DNA from: Paramecium tetraurelia
Lineage: Eukaryota
Assembly: GCA_000165425.1 (NCBI GenBank)
Contig: CT868152.1
Coordinates: forward strand, 496,001 to 554,326
DNA: 58,326 nt
Direction: 5' to 3'
Below are positions 1 through 13,016 of the stretch, piece after piece. Positions within the stretch are counted from its first letter, which is position 1. Every line of letters begins with the position of its first letter. Made by a program: the position numbers and the translations under genes. The notes beneath the pieces were generated by a model, which was not told the DNA's origin, did no database searches, and was given only the letters and a program-made list of their open reading frames with translations.

Positions 1-675
1 ATAAAAATATATGTGAATTAACATAAATACACTCTTTGGAATGTGAAAAACACTATAAATAACAAGAATATTTAATTGAAATATCTAGCAGGATTCTAGA
101 GTTGTTGTCTTTTGTGAGCTTACGATTTTAAGTGTTAAAAAGTAAATGCTACTATAATTAGATATTTACAATGTTATGTTCAAATAAGTTATAATAGTGT
201 TTAAAACAATTTTTTTAAAGAAACAGCTTATAGAAAATATCGAATTATTAATATAACATTCATTTTAACATCCTATTTAATTTGATAAATGTGATCTTTA
301 AAGTTGTAACATTATGTATTTAATTATAAAGCCATCTTCTAATTACAATTAATATATTGTTTTTGAAATTTACAAAACAGAAGGAATGTAAATTTGTATG
401 AAATATCTGCTAAAAATTTTAAGAAGTTACTTCTTTCAGCAAATACATTATTAATACTATATAATTTTATAATTTCAGGATTAAATGATTATTTCTGAGA
501 ATTTAAGACTAAACGTAATACCAAGTTTTAAGAAGTGAAAGGAAATATGGTTAGACTCCATGAGATTAAAAAAGTAGTTTTAAGCAAAAGAACTTGATGT
601 TATTGTAAATGCTGATAGTAATTATGAGTATGAAATTATAAATAAATTGATTAATTAAAATAATAAAACGTGTTT

Positions 676-3153
676 ATGATGTTAGTAATACTCTTGATGA
701 TCATGCAGACGTTTGCATCTAATATTGATGTTTAAATTTCTTATATCGATGCTTCTTTAATAAACATTCATTGGTGTAGCGATACTGTATTGGCACTAAC
801 TTCAAAAGGATCTGTATACAGAAGTGATGATCGAGGCCGTCAATGGACCAAAATGTCTGAGATTTTTCATCGTAAAGCACTAATTTAGCTTGAGGATGCT
901 GGTGATAGAGTTGGAATAGTAAATAATTTGGTTGCAAGTCCTGTTGATAAATAACTCATTCTTTTTACAGGCACCGATTAAATTGCATGGATATCACTTG
1001 ATTGTGGTAAAACTATCACAGCAGTTAATGCAGGTAAGTAATTGAGGGAATATTAATTTCATCCAATTGAGAAAGATTGGATTCTTGCCTCTGCATGGAA
1101 ACAATGTGGTTCAGATGAACTTCTTGCTGGTAAACCTTGTGTCTCATACAAGGAACTTTTGTTAAGTCAGGATACAGGAATCACATGGCTGTCCATAGCT
1201 ACTTATGTCAATCAATTTACTTGGGGTGTTAAAAACAAAGACATGGCCAAGTATACTCCAAAAGAACGAATTCTAGCATCATTTGATCCTCAAGGAAGAG
1301 GACATTAATCAATCAGTAGTTGGAATATGGATGCAAATTTATATTACAGCGATGATTTCTTTCAAACTCGTACTTTAAGTGTACCAGCAGGTTCTAGATT
1401 TTTATTGACAGAATCCTTCCTATTTGTAGCTAAAGTCACATCATAATATACCTAAGAGGTTAGTTTATATGTAAGTGGTACTGAATTAGGATAATATAAA
1501 TATGCAATTATCGATGCCGATTCAAAATTATTAGAACACTCTTATAGTATTTTGGATACCTCAGAAAATCAAGTTTTCATGGTTGTTAATCATTTGAAGC
1601 CATCCTCTCCTTTGGGGGTAATTTATATAAGTGACTCTACTGGTACAAGGTATTCTAGATCTCTGGAGAATGTGGCCAGATTAGAAAACAGTGCAGAGTT
1701 CTATAGAGTTCAAGGATTAGAAGGAATTTATTTGGCTAATGTTTATGCTGAAGATCAAGCTAAAATATATTCTCATCAAGTCTTAGAAGCTATGGAAGAA
1801 GGATTCTATGCTTAATAAAATGGATTTAAAGATGAAGACTTGAAGAAATACAAATAAACAAGGATTACTTTTGATAAAGGTGGTTAATGGGTTCCATTGA
1901 AGGTATAATTATTAAATTTATGATTAGCCACCCACAGTTGATGCAGATGGAAAACCAATTAATTGTAATAAGTGTTAGTTACATATTCATCTTAGTTAAG
2001 CCTTTTATTAATTTGCACCAATCTATACTTAAACCAATTCAATAGGAGTAATTGTGGCTACAGGATCTATTGGGAAATATTTAAGTTACAGATAGGATTA
2101 AGTAAATACGTATTTGAGTAGAGATGGTGGTTTAACTTGGATTGAAATTAAAAAGGGTTCATATATTTATGAAATGAGTAATCATGGAGGGTTGATTGTT
2201 ATGTCTAAAGATTAAGAGACAACCAATCAGATAGTCTACTCTTGGAATGGTGGAATAGAATGGGCTCCATTCAATTTTTTAGATTAGAAGGCCGAAATAT
2301 CAAATATTATTACTGAACCTTAGAATAAAGGAACTAGATTTATAGCATATGGTTCTATCTAATTAGAATCTAATGGTATCAAAACTGAATAGGGATTGCT
2401 TGCTACTATAGATTTAGATGAATTGCATTAGAGGAATTGTATTGGTTAAGATAAACCAGGAGAAGTAGGTAGTGACTATGAATTATGGACACCTTCTGGT
2501 TTAGTCAATCCAGAATGCTTATTCGGTAAAAAGGTAACTTACATGAGAAAAAGAAGAGAAGCAGCTTGTTATAATCCAGATACTCTTGAGAAGATCATAA
2601 GTGTCACACCATGCCAATGTTCGTAGGAAGATTATGAATGCGATTTAGGATTTGTGATGAATAATTAATTATGTGTACCTATTGATGGTACCATCAATGT
2701 TGATCCTCCTGCCGAATGCAATGACTATTACACTGTTTCCAGTGGATATAGAAAAATAGCAGGAGATATTTGTGAGGGAGGAGTCGAACATCCCTCAATG
2801 AGATTCAGTTGTCCTAATAGTAAGGGTTGGATCTTCGATTGGCTTGTTATTGGAGGAATCCTTTTTGGATTATTTTGGGTGTACAATAATTAAGATAAAG
2901 TCAAAGAATATTTTACTAGGACTGAAATGAGTCAACTTCCACAATCTAAATCAGATGTATTTGTATATTTTATTATTAGAAATTAATAAAGTAATTATAA
3001 TAGAAATAACCAAAGCAATAGTAATAACAACAATAATATTAACCTATTAATCTTGAATAAAATGATTAGTAAGATTAGAAATTTGATGAGGAGTTGATTG
3101 AGAAAGATGAAAATATTTAAATGGATGATGATGGTTCTCACGAGTTGATTTGA
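676..3153 (+). CDS. Sortilin / VPS10-domain sorting receptor (809 aa)
   Basis: Ciliate-code ORF with signal peptide MMLVILLMIMQTFAS, BNR/Asp-box repeats (YRSDDRGRQW, SLDCGKT, SQDTGITW, TFDKGGQW, SRDGGLTW), Cys-rich 10CC region (CLFGKKVTYMRKRREAAC; CQCSQEDYECDLGF; GYRKIAGDICEGG), a TM helix and an acidic tail. Removing introns 1903-1927 and 2957-2979 gives an exact multiple of 3. Confidence 0.92.
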
Positions 3154-3220
3154 TTATTATGACTGTTATTAATATTTTTAATCCTCCAATTAATTTATAT
3201 GCATCTTCAACTTTCAGATT

Positions 3221-3375
3221 ATTGTATTGTATTGTATTGTATTGTATTGTATTGTATTGTATTGTATTGTATTGTATTGTATTGTATTGTATTGTATTGT
3301 ATTGTATTGTATTGTATTGTATTGTATTGTATTGTATTGTATTGTATTGTATTGTATTGTATTGTATTGTATTGT
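3221..3375. repeat. Perfect pentanucleotide microsatellite (ATTGT)x31
   Basis: Directly visible, 155 bp, between the convergent 3' ends of the sortilin and ANP32-like genes. Confidence 0.99.
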
Positions 3376-3473
3376 ATAATAATTTAATTCTCCTTTCAAA
3401 GGGAATAGCCAATATAAAAATATATATTTGCAATAAGTTTTTATTCATATTTTTCATTAAATATTTTAATGTA

Positions 3474-4237
3474 TCATTTTTTAACTTTCTTTTTCTTCTT
3501 GTTGCTTTCTGACTCACTTTCTTCCACTTCACTATATTCCTCATCTTCTTCGTCATCAGATATAGAAAAACTGTCATCGTCGTCTTCATCTATCTAAATT
3601 TATATTATTCACATATTACCTCCTCTTCGTCTTCTTCTTCATCCTCCTCATCATCATCATAAATTTCGGTCTTTTCCCTAACAATCTTACCTTTCTTGTC
3701 CTTTCCATCCCAGGGCCTTAAGTTTTGGTAGCAGATCCCCAAATTTTGGTTGTAAAATTATCATCATCACAAACCAGGATTTTTCTCTAGAAATAGGTGT
3801 GTTAATTGGTCGAGTTATTTTAATTACTCAATTTCCTAGTGAATAATGGAAGGGTCATACATCGAAATCTTTGATTTGATTCTTCTTGAGATTCAAAAAT
3901 GTTAAAGATGGAAATTTCTACACTATCGATTTAATGCTTCCTTCCTCCAAAAGCATTTTCTTCTAAATTCAATGAATTAATATTTTTATAATCTGAGAGA
4001 TTGCTTATGGGATTGAAGTTTACATCTCTAAAATCCCAATTATTCTATCCATATTATAAATGCAATACATAAATTCGAAAATGTTCGTAAATAATCATCG
4101 ATCTCCTTGCTAAACTCCTGAATCTATATACCCTAGAAATGCAAGGAATTTATTTTAGAATCATTCTGTCTTGATTAAGAACGTCTTTGTTTCTGAATTT
4201 GCTCTAAGATTTTATTCTTCTATGAGCTTCCCTTCAT
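3474..4237 (-). CDS. ANP32-like acidic leucine-rich repeat protein (several apparent +1 frameshifts)
   Basis: LRRs (INSLNLEEN, FPSLTFLNLKKNQIKDFD, LDQLTHLFLEKNP), LRR cap LLPKLKALDGKD, long D/E tract and basic C-terminus. About 5 single extra bases in homopolymers must be removed to keep the frame; short introns present. Confidence 0.75.
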
Positions 4238-4700
4238 TTTGTGATTAAGATTAAATTGTAATAACAGATAATATTAAATTTATTAAAAATGAAAATAATA
4301 TTTTAGGTTATGTTCGCTTTATAAACTATACCATCAAGTGCTTCCATTTAAATATTAATTACTCTCTCACTTTCTCCTTTAAATCTATTTAATAAATTAA
4401 GTTAGCAAGCCAACTATAGGTAAGATCTAACTATCAAATGCTGTTTTAGAACGTCAAAAGAGTTTCTTATATAAATAATTCTAATTTAAGGATACATCTA
4501 ATTTAATTTCCTAAGATATAATAATCTCTTAGTAAATAACCAATCTCTTAAGATAAATTGAGGCCGTTACATCAGGGATGATACAAATAGAGGATTTAGA
4601 TTGAAGAGATTAATTGTAGAACTTATAATTATAAAATTATTATTAGTGGATATTTCAAATTTGTATTAATATAATTTTTTTAATATATTTCTCACATTAA

Positions 4701-5730
4701 ATGGACATATAATATGACTGGTCGAATCACCAATTCCAATAGGTGGAGAAGAAGATTATAACTGAATAGGATGTCGAGAAATTCAAGAAGACAAAAATAC
4801 TGGGCGAATTATTGGCATTCTTATAATCACTAATACAATCAATCTAAAATAAGAAGATTTCGTAAACAAAAGATAATGAGAAGTTCATTCACATTTGTAT
4901 TTTATTATCCTACATTTAGAATAATTGTTTGTGTAGTTAGAGTAGTTACTTTAGAAAGTGCCACCAATCCAATAATCAATGAGATACGGTAATAAAGCCT
5001 TTAGAGATTGGTTGGATTAAATTAACCCCATAGTTGATGATTATCTCAAGAAGTAACTACCATAGAATTTGCAAAATGCTGCCGTTGAACTTCGATCTTA
5101 TTTATTGGATTCATTTGGAAATAAACAAAGAATAGACTATGGAACAGGACATGAATTCTAATTCTTCCTCTTCCTGTTTTCTTTATTTAGATTGGGCATT
5201 TACACTGAGAAGGATTACGAAGGAATAGTGAGATTAGCATTTTATAAGTATTCAAACATCAATTACAACTTTAGGTATATCGATTTTGCAAGAAAAGTTC
5301 AGATGACTTACATGCTTGAGCCAGCAGGTTCTCACGGTGTTTGGGGATTGGATGATTATTAATTTTTACCTTTCGTTTTTGGAGCTGCAGAATTGGTAAG
5401 AAAATGAAAGTATTCTTAGATATAAAATGATGATGGTTTACTTCCTGACAGTATTATCAAAGAGAATGTAATAAAGAATTATAAAGCAGAATACATGTTT
5501 TTTTAATGTATAGACATTCATTAATAATGTATAACATCCTTTTTATATACCTATTTTAGGTGAAAAAAGGACCATTCCATGAGCATAGTCCAATTTTGCA
5601 TAGTCTTACTAATTTGACTGGATGGGAGAAGGTGTGCTCAGGATTAATAAAAATGTTCTAAGGAGAAGTATTATTTAAGCATCCAGTGATAAAACACACA
5701 TATTTTGGAACGATTGTTGAGTTTAAATGA
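4701..5730 (+). CDS. PTPA: Serine/threonine phosphatase 2A activator (PTPA/RRD family)
   Basis: Motifs [72 protein letters not shown]. Several short introns; one apparent extra base near 5515. Confidence 0.93.
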
Positions 5731-6046
5731 AAAATAATTTGTGTAAATCAAATAATAAATAAACTATTTTTATTACTTCTGCTATGATTCATTTAATATT
5801 TTTTAGTAACATTCCTTATAATAACAATCAATTCAATTTCTATCAATTTTGTAGAATTGTTGCATCTTGATTTACTTAAAAATTACTTCAAAATGATATA
5901 ATAGTATTTTGATGGATTTAAATAATAAACTCAAAAATTAAAATGAATTGTGAATAATAGCAATAATCTGAAAAAGAATGATAAACATGTTTGATTAAAA
6001 AATGAAAAATATGAGGTTTTCTGACTTTAACTTAAATTATAAAAAT

Positions 6047-7577
6047 TCAGGTCTAATTTTTCAATTAAACAACAATGCAAGTTATATCATCTCTGGCTAA
6101 GCTATGTTTTTTCCAGGCATTTATAGCTTCAGCCATTAGTTTGTCAGCAGCCAAATCTATGTTATCTTTTTCAATATATGGAGCTACAACATTCATCACC
6201 TTAATTATATTTAGATAATACTTCTTCATTCGTAAGGTATTCCCAAACACCATCGGAGGCTACTATTATAAATTGATCTTAAGGAGTGATAGTATATTCA
6301 AGTATTTCAGGAACACTAATAACGCCAGCTTATGCTCCTAATTTATCACCCATACTTCTTGTCATGGCTAATCCAGGAGCATCTATGTATTGTAGCCAAA
6401 CTCTTTCTGGTCCTAGTTAATTACCATAAAAATCTAGGAGATATTATTGTATTTTAACCTCTTTAACTATCAATTCTACCTCCTGCTTCAATAATTCTTT
6501 ACTTCTCTTATTCATCAGATGGTTTATGATCTCTAGTCAATTAGATTGCTTTCCAGCCATCTTAATTTCTACATATTATGGCTCTACTGTCACCAACATT
6601 GGCTGTCCACAATTGCTCTTTTCTTATTAGGACTGAGACTGCTGTTGATCCAGATAAGGTCGTGTCGAATTCACTTTCAATTATCTCTTTATTGGTTTTC
6701 TCAAAAGCTACAGTTAAACATTTTTCTATATCTCTTCCTTAGGTTTGAAATTATTGTTCCAAGTATTTTGGTAGTTATTGTTTAATTAAGTTTGATACTA
6801 AATGTCCATTTGTTCCATGTCCATCACACACTGCAATTAGAGAACAATTGTAACTTTCTAAATGATCTTAACAATTTACTGTTCTAAATTATTGGGAAAT
6901 AGGATGGCAGCATCTTAATTTGTCTTTAATGTCTTATTAGGAAGACAACCAGCTTTAGTCTTTGAAGCAAATAATCCGCCTTACCATGTTTTTGCCATCA
7001 ATCTTCTTTTGTTTAAGACCTATCTTTCAGGACTAAATTATTGTCTCCTTTCAGGTGTTACTGAAGAATAATGAGGCATTGGAGCCTCTTCATCTAATTA
7101 TTTTGGACTTCTCATTTGAGGACCATTGGAACTATGCTTTTATTTTGGAACATCGCTCTTTGCATCTAATTTTGGCAATCTACTTGGAATTCTTAGGCCA
7201 TTTCCATAATTTGCGATATTTATCAACTTCTATTCTAAGCAAAATACATTTATTTTAAGTACAGGGCTCAAAATTAGGAATCTCTTATTTCTTTATTCCT
7301 GGTAAAGAGGGCAAAGAAACCTTGCCATTTTGCTTTGCCTCTTGTTCTTCATTCTTATATCTTTTTTAGCCCATTTATTTTTGTATTCTGCTTTGATCTA
7401 TTTGGTCAGATTGAGGATGTCGTGGAGGTTTTAGGGAACTGTATTCTAAAATTTAAATGCAAACAGAATTTATAATATGGAAAGTAATGTAAATATACGA
7501 GTAAAGGTTGTATTACCTATCGATGATGTCAGCTTTGGTTTTTGATCAGACTATAATTGTTAGCTCTATGCTAACAT
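6047..7577 (-). CDS. Protein phosphatase 2C (PPM family) with N-terminal extension
   Basis: Motifs NQDA, AVCDGHG, SGSTA, ANVGDSRA, RDHKP, PGLAMTRSMGD, VASDGVWE, DDITCIVV. Start codon is approximate. Confidence 0.9.
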
Positions 7578-7615
7578 TTAATTAATTATATTGATTAAAT
7601 AATATATTACACTTT

Positions 7616-10600
7616 TCATTTGTGTGCCTTTACTCCTTTAAGGGCACCCGACTTTTTTGAAAATACCTCTTCAAATGCCTTGCTAGCTTGATTCTTGAAT
7701 CTTTTATTGAGAGCCTAAAATGGGTTATATGAATTTAGATTACTTTTGGATTTAATTATATGAAAGCAAATGGTTCCGGCCTTCCTTTTACAGTTACATC
7801 ACCTCCAGCCCTCTATTTGGATTTGAATGTAGACCCGCTTTCTTTTACCACATGAACAACATCCTTAGTCTTTCGATCATTTTTTGTTATTTTCTTTTAA
7901 GCACGCTCCTCATCATCACTATTTGCAGCTTCCCTCCTACGCTTTTAACCCAAAACCTCCTTCTATTCATTTACAATCACCTTTCCATCCTTGTACTCAA
8001 CCAAAGGTTAAAATGCAGATTGCTTTTGTTATTCCTTCTCTTAAACCTTCTTTTTTTATTTTATTGCATCCTCAAAATGGAATTATTCTTTCTTAAAATC
8101 ATACTTTAACAACAGATTGTTTTCTACTTCTGCTTCAGTTTCCATACCACCCTACTATTATTTTGGCTTTGTTTCTAATTACTATTCAGATTCCTCATCG
8201 CTTTCAAGATCAGAATCCTTTTATTTTTTTTATTTCTTCTCTTACCATTTCTATTTATTTAATTCTCTCTCCTAATCTCTTTTGTTTTTCTTTTTTTTCT
8301 ATTATCTCTCTATTTTTATAGCATTCTTATATAATTTAATGTGCTCTTGTGGAATTAAACTTTCAGCTGAAGGATATGCTTTACTAAGTTTCATTAACAA
8401 TCTTTTTAACAATATAATGTTCTTGTCTCTTGATACCTCATCCACATTAAGTAATTAAGTGAAAAGCTATGAATTCAATGTATGTCTATGTTTGATTAGT
8501 ACTTTCACATATAATATAATGGATTTAAAAATCTCATTATTTTATTCTTTTAACAATAACAAAATTAACTTAGTCATCTCATCAATGAATTCTCCTTTCA
8601 AATTTGGATAGAACTTATCAACTAACAGTGAAATTGTGGCCACAGCATCAGCTTTCATTACATTTGATTATGCTGCCAATCCTGCAAATACCATTGATAT
8701 AAATTAGTCTAATAGATCCAATCCCAATAATCTCTATCCAATATTTTCTATTAACTTTTCAGCCAAAATACGAGTCTTAATATTATTATCTCTAATTGCA
8801 ACTACCATTTCAGGTAAGAATTACTATATAAATGTTTAATAGCTATCTAACTTAGAGGTTACAGTTTGTTCCAATTGTAAAATAACTTAGAATCTTTTTT
8901 ATCGAGAACTAGGTTCGCATTCTGCTTCCAAGACTAAATTGTAGACTTCAGCTAAGAAAGTATGATGAACCTTTGGTATTATTGCTACTAAGAATTTATA
9001 AATCTTCTTCTAAATTAAAGGTATGTTAATCATCTCCTTAACAAAATTGATACAGTAATCCCAGAGATCTGAAGTCATCTGTTAGGCACTTACGACTTAC
9101 AATACAATATCCATATTGTTTAAAGCTCTATCATCCAATTTATCTTTGGACGATAGTAGCTTTTCTATGTTTTTCTTGAAGGCTTCTTATATGTAAGATT
9201 TCGGTGCTGCAAAACTCATTACTTTAATAGCATTTAATGTGTGAGTGCAATTGTTTTATTCAACTAATTTGGCTAAAGTGGAAATGTATTATTTGGCAAA
9301 ATTTTATAGTGATGGGAAGGTGACTAATTACGAAAACAATTTGGCAATCATCAACAGTAGTTTTTCGAAAAATACATGTTCCTTTTTCAAATAGTTTAAT
9401 GTTAATTCAATAAATTAACCTAATTTTGGGTGATTTTAAGACTCATAAGATGCTTTAGCATTCGAAGCTATTTCTAATACATGAAAAAGAATATTTTGAA
9501 TAATTTTTTATTCATGAGATGGATTTGCATTAGATGCCAAGGATAGTAAGTTTGTTAATGGAAATAGAAAATCGAGGAATTCTTCCAGCTTTGGATTTGC
9601 ATATTTACTTAAAATATACAGAATCCAACAATTAGATTTTTCATCGAAATCTTTATCCAAAGGATTGACACCTTCTGTTTTAAGTGGAAATGTGTGTAAT
9701 AAATTAGACATGCTTACTCCAACACATAATTGACCAAATGTCTTCTCAAAATATACATGTGGCCATCTGCTCTTGTTGTGTACAAACTCTTTCACTATAT
9801 CTTTGCAATGTTCAAATGTTTTATCATCAATAGTAGCAAAGAATTTAGCAAAAACATCAAGAATATTAGCCTGATCAAATCTATTACTAAATAAATAGGT
9901 TAAAGTAGCAATGTATTTCTATTGCAATGTTCCTGCACTCTCTAATTCTAAATTCATAATGTCTTCAGCCAAATCTTGTTTAAGAGAGAGAGTGGCTTTT
10001 CCAATTTTCTCAATTAAAGTCATCATCTCTAATCTACAATGTTGCATTAATTTTTAATTATTTTGTAAGAGTAATTCTGCCATATTAGATAAAGTGGATG
10101 GTAAATAAGATGCAGCCAAAGACAAAGAACTCCAACTCAATGTAAGCAAACACTATCTAATACACTAAATATATGCATGTTATGCATTAACTTCTTCTGG
10201 TTGTAATTGATTTAATTACTATATCAATTTTTCTGCCTAATCTGCTCCAACATTTTGTTGAAGTACTTACTAATTATTTACAAACTAAATATACCTCTAA
10301 AGATAGAAAAATAAATGGATAATATTTACTGTCCATGTTTTAAATCTCTTCAATTATTACATATAATGCATCAACTAGAATAGAGTAAGGAATGAGATTA
10401 TTAAGAGATGCTAAAAGTGTGAGTGAATGCTATGCACATTCATTATTTTCTTGTAAATTTGTTTTGAAATGAGTTCTCAGTCTCTCATTTATTTCAGGAA
10501 CTTATTAAATATCCAATGCTTTTTACTAATAAAAGGCTTATAATGTTTTGATTGCTTATTTTCTCAGCTTTTTCTTGTCACTTATAGTTTGCTATAATAA

Positions 10601-11033
10601 AAGATTGAACAATTGATGCATTTTTGGAGAGTTTAAATCCTTGAATAGAAATAATCATATACCTCTTTAGATGATAGTATTAGAATTTATCCAAAAACAC
10701 CAACACTTAGATTATCTAATTAGGCTTTTCCTATTTCTTCCAACAAGGCAGGAATTAACTTTCTTACTACGACAATTGGAACTGAAGGTAATATCTAAAT
10801 TGCATATAGATTGCCATTACTTTATAAATTAGCAAAATGATAACATCTTAGCCTTCTTTAGTGGATTTCAATAAATTAATCAATTATGCAATATACGCAG
10901 TAGGATTAGTTCTTTATTCAAGGTTAAGGTTGTTTTCAATGGACTATAATAGTATTAATCCTTTCTCATTTTAGGGTGAATTTTTTTATCGTAGTTTTGA
11001 GTAGAGTTAATCCTTGAATGTCTCGACTTACAT
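7616..11033 (-). CDS. RRP12: RRP12-like HEAT-repeat ribosome biogenesis protein (NUC173 domain)
   Basis: Long alpha-helical ciliate-code ORF; NUC173-like segment (TFGQLCVGVSMSNLLHTFPL...WILYIL) and C-terminal GSTFKSKQRAGGDVTVKGRPEPFAFIQLNPK typical of RRP12. Confidence 0.85.
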
Positions 11034-11673
11034 AAATTAAAAATTAATTTTATAAAAAAACTCATTTACAATTCATTATAAGAATGACTGAGCATTGAAT
11101 TTTAGAGGGTGAATATATTCAATCTCTAATTTTCATTAAGTTTATATATAGCATTCTATTAATAATATTCCTTTTCTCACTATTTAATTCTATAGTTCTC
11201 AATAATTGGACTATTATCCAACTATTCTTCCCGTTAATTTCCTCGAAAAGTGTGGTTTTCATAAGTTCTAGAACTCAACAAAATAACAATCAAAAGTTCT
11301 TGATGCACTTGTATTTTTAGATATGATTGAAGTATAAATATAATATAATAAGTATCCTTTATAAGTTAATTATCTTACATATTATAAATGTTCTCATTTA
11401 CTTGAAAGATTATAATAATAAGATATATATTTTATTGACAAAATTAATACAACCAATTTGAAGGAATAGATCATTTTATTAGTTATAGAGGAACTTATAA
11501 ATTCAAATATGGTATAATTTCTAGTTTAAATTTCAGATGAAGTTGAGCATCGATTGAATGTTTTTCCGATCAGAATGGTTGTATTATGAAATTAATTAGT
11601 TTTAAGTATTATTATTAATTCCCACCCCCCACCTGATGTTCATTTCGTGTTTTATTTAAATATCATTAATAAA

Positions 11674-12973
11674 ATGTCAGAGGATATTAAGACTAGAGCA
11701 ATAAATTATTTGAATTGCACTCTGGGAGATATGCATGAGGGAGAGCAACTAAATTTTGTTTGTCTAGATAGCACTTGCAAAGAAATTGGTCTCATATGTC
11801 CAGTTTGTAGATCATAAAAACATGCAAAACATAAAGTGATTCCTTTAAAGATATTCCTTGCAGATATTTCGAATAATGTTAATGGAAAATAGAATCAAAA
11901 TTCGATTGACCAATTATTGACTTAGATAGATCAAGTGCGTACCAGATTATTATCAAGTCTTAAGGACACTGTGCAAAAAATGGTTTTGTATATTATTTAT
12001 ACTACTATAAGATAAATAAAATTACTGGAAGATTAAATCAATTTAAGTCACAAGAACACGAGACAAAGATTATTGGAATAAAATTAAACATAAATGAATT
12101 TTCCATAAATATTTTAGTAAATACTCAATTGCCAATACAAGAATGCGGATCAACTCAAATAGGATGTGAGAAAGATTATAGATAATGTTAGTTAATTGTA
12201 GGCTGGAAAGATTGAGATTGACTTCAAACCTCAGAGATTATTTGATTAATATTAAAAAGCTGTAATCTAGTTCATACTAAATATTTTAGTCTTCAGAGGC
12301 AATTGCTCAATTTAATCATTTACTTACGTAATTCAAATCATCAACTTCCAAAATTTCTAAGCCTATTGAAAAATTCACTCAACCATTGTAAGCCTAGAAT
12401 TCATCCAATTTCACATTCAGCACTGTTCTTAAATCTCCGTCGATTACAATAACAGAACAAAAATTTGCTCATCAAACTGCTGATCAGAATAGTGATAATA
12501 GATTCATTTTAATTGAACCTCAAATTCTGGAGTCTTGTAAAATAGCCATCAAGATTACCAATTTATCTAATTTCATTGGCATAGGTATAGCTTATAAAAA
12601 TGTACTTTCCTTGAAGAAGTAAAAAAGTATTATAACATTTAAGTATGAAATTTGATCATTAAAATTTGGGACATGGTTCTTACATGATTTCATCAAATGC
12701 ACACACCTGGTCTCACTCTAAAAAAGAAGAGAATATGGCCTAGAAATCATTCACTTTCACTAATGGTGATATTATCATTGTGGATGTCAGTTTGGAAAAT
12801 AAGGTAAATCTGTTTATCAAATTTAGACACTCAAATTTACGTGCAAAAATAAACCAAATGATACTTAAGCAATCCTGTTGACCTTTGATAACCCAGACAA
12901 TGATGATATTCATTTCTGCATCAACATGTGTTCTTTTGGAGAGAGAGTGGAAATCTTAGATGATTGGGAATGA
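11674..12973 (+). CDS. N-terminal Cys/His zinc finger (B-box-like), coiled region and C-terminal SPRY-like domain protein
   Basis: C..H......FVC....C.....IC..C....HAKH at the N-terminus; C-terminal beta-rich FIGIGIAYK...GHGSYMISSNAHTWSH...FTFTNGDIIIVDVSLENK; short introns. Confidence 0.65.
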
Positions 12974-13016
12974 TTGTAATCCAAACAAAAATTTATATAT
13001 TAAATATTAATTCAAT

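Noticed and set aside
3221..3375. Possible telomeric repeat or CRISPR-like array
   Set aside because: No spacers; the unit is unlike ciliate G-rich telomere repeats and is internal between genes.
3047..3589. ORF-track peptides with (YNTIQ)n or (YCIVL)n repeats
   Set aside because: They are translations of the ATTGT microsatellite, not genes.
4310..4604. Possible small spliced ORF between ANP32-like and PTPA
   Set aside because: Short, no recognisable motif; with a single stop codon such frames arise by chance.
7446..7516. Unusually long intron or retained IES at the 5' end of PP2C
   Set aside because: The segment reads through in frame, the candidate long introns shift the frame, and no IES end consensus is evident.
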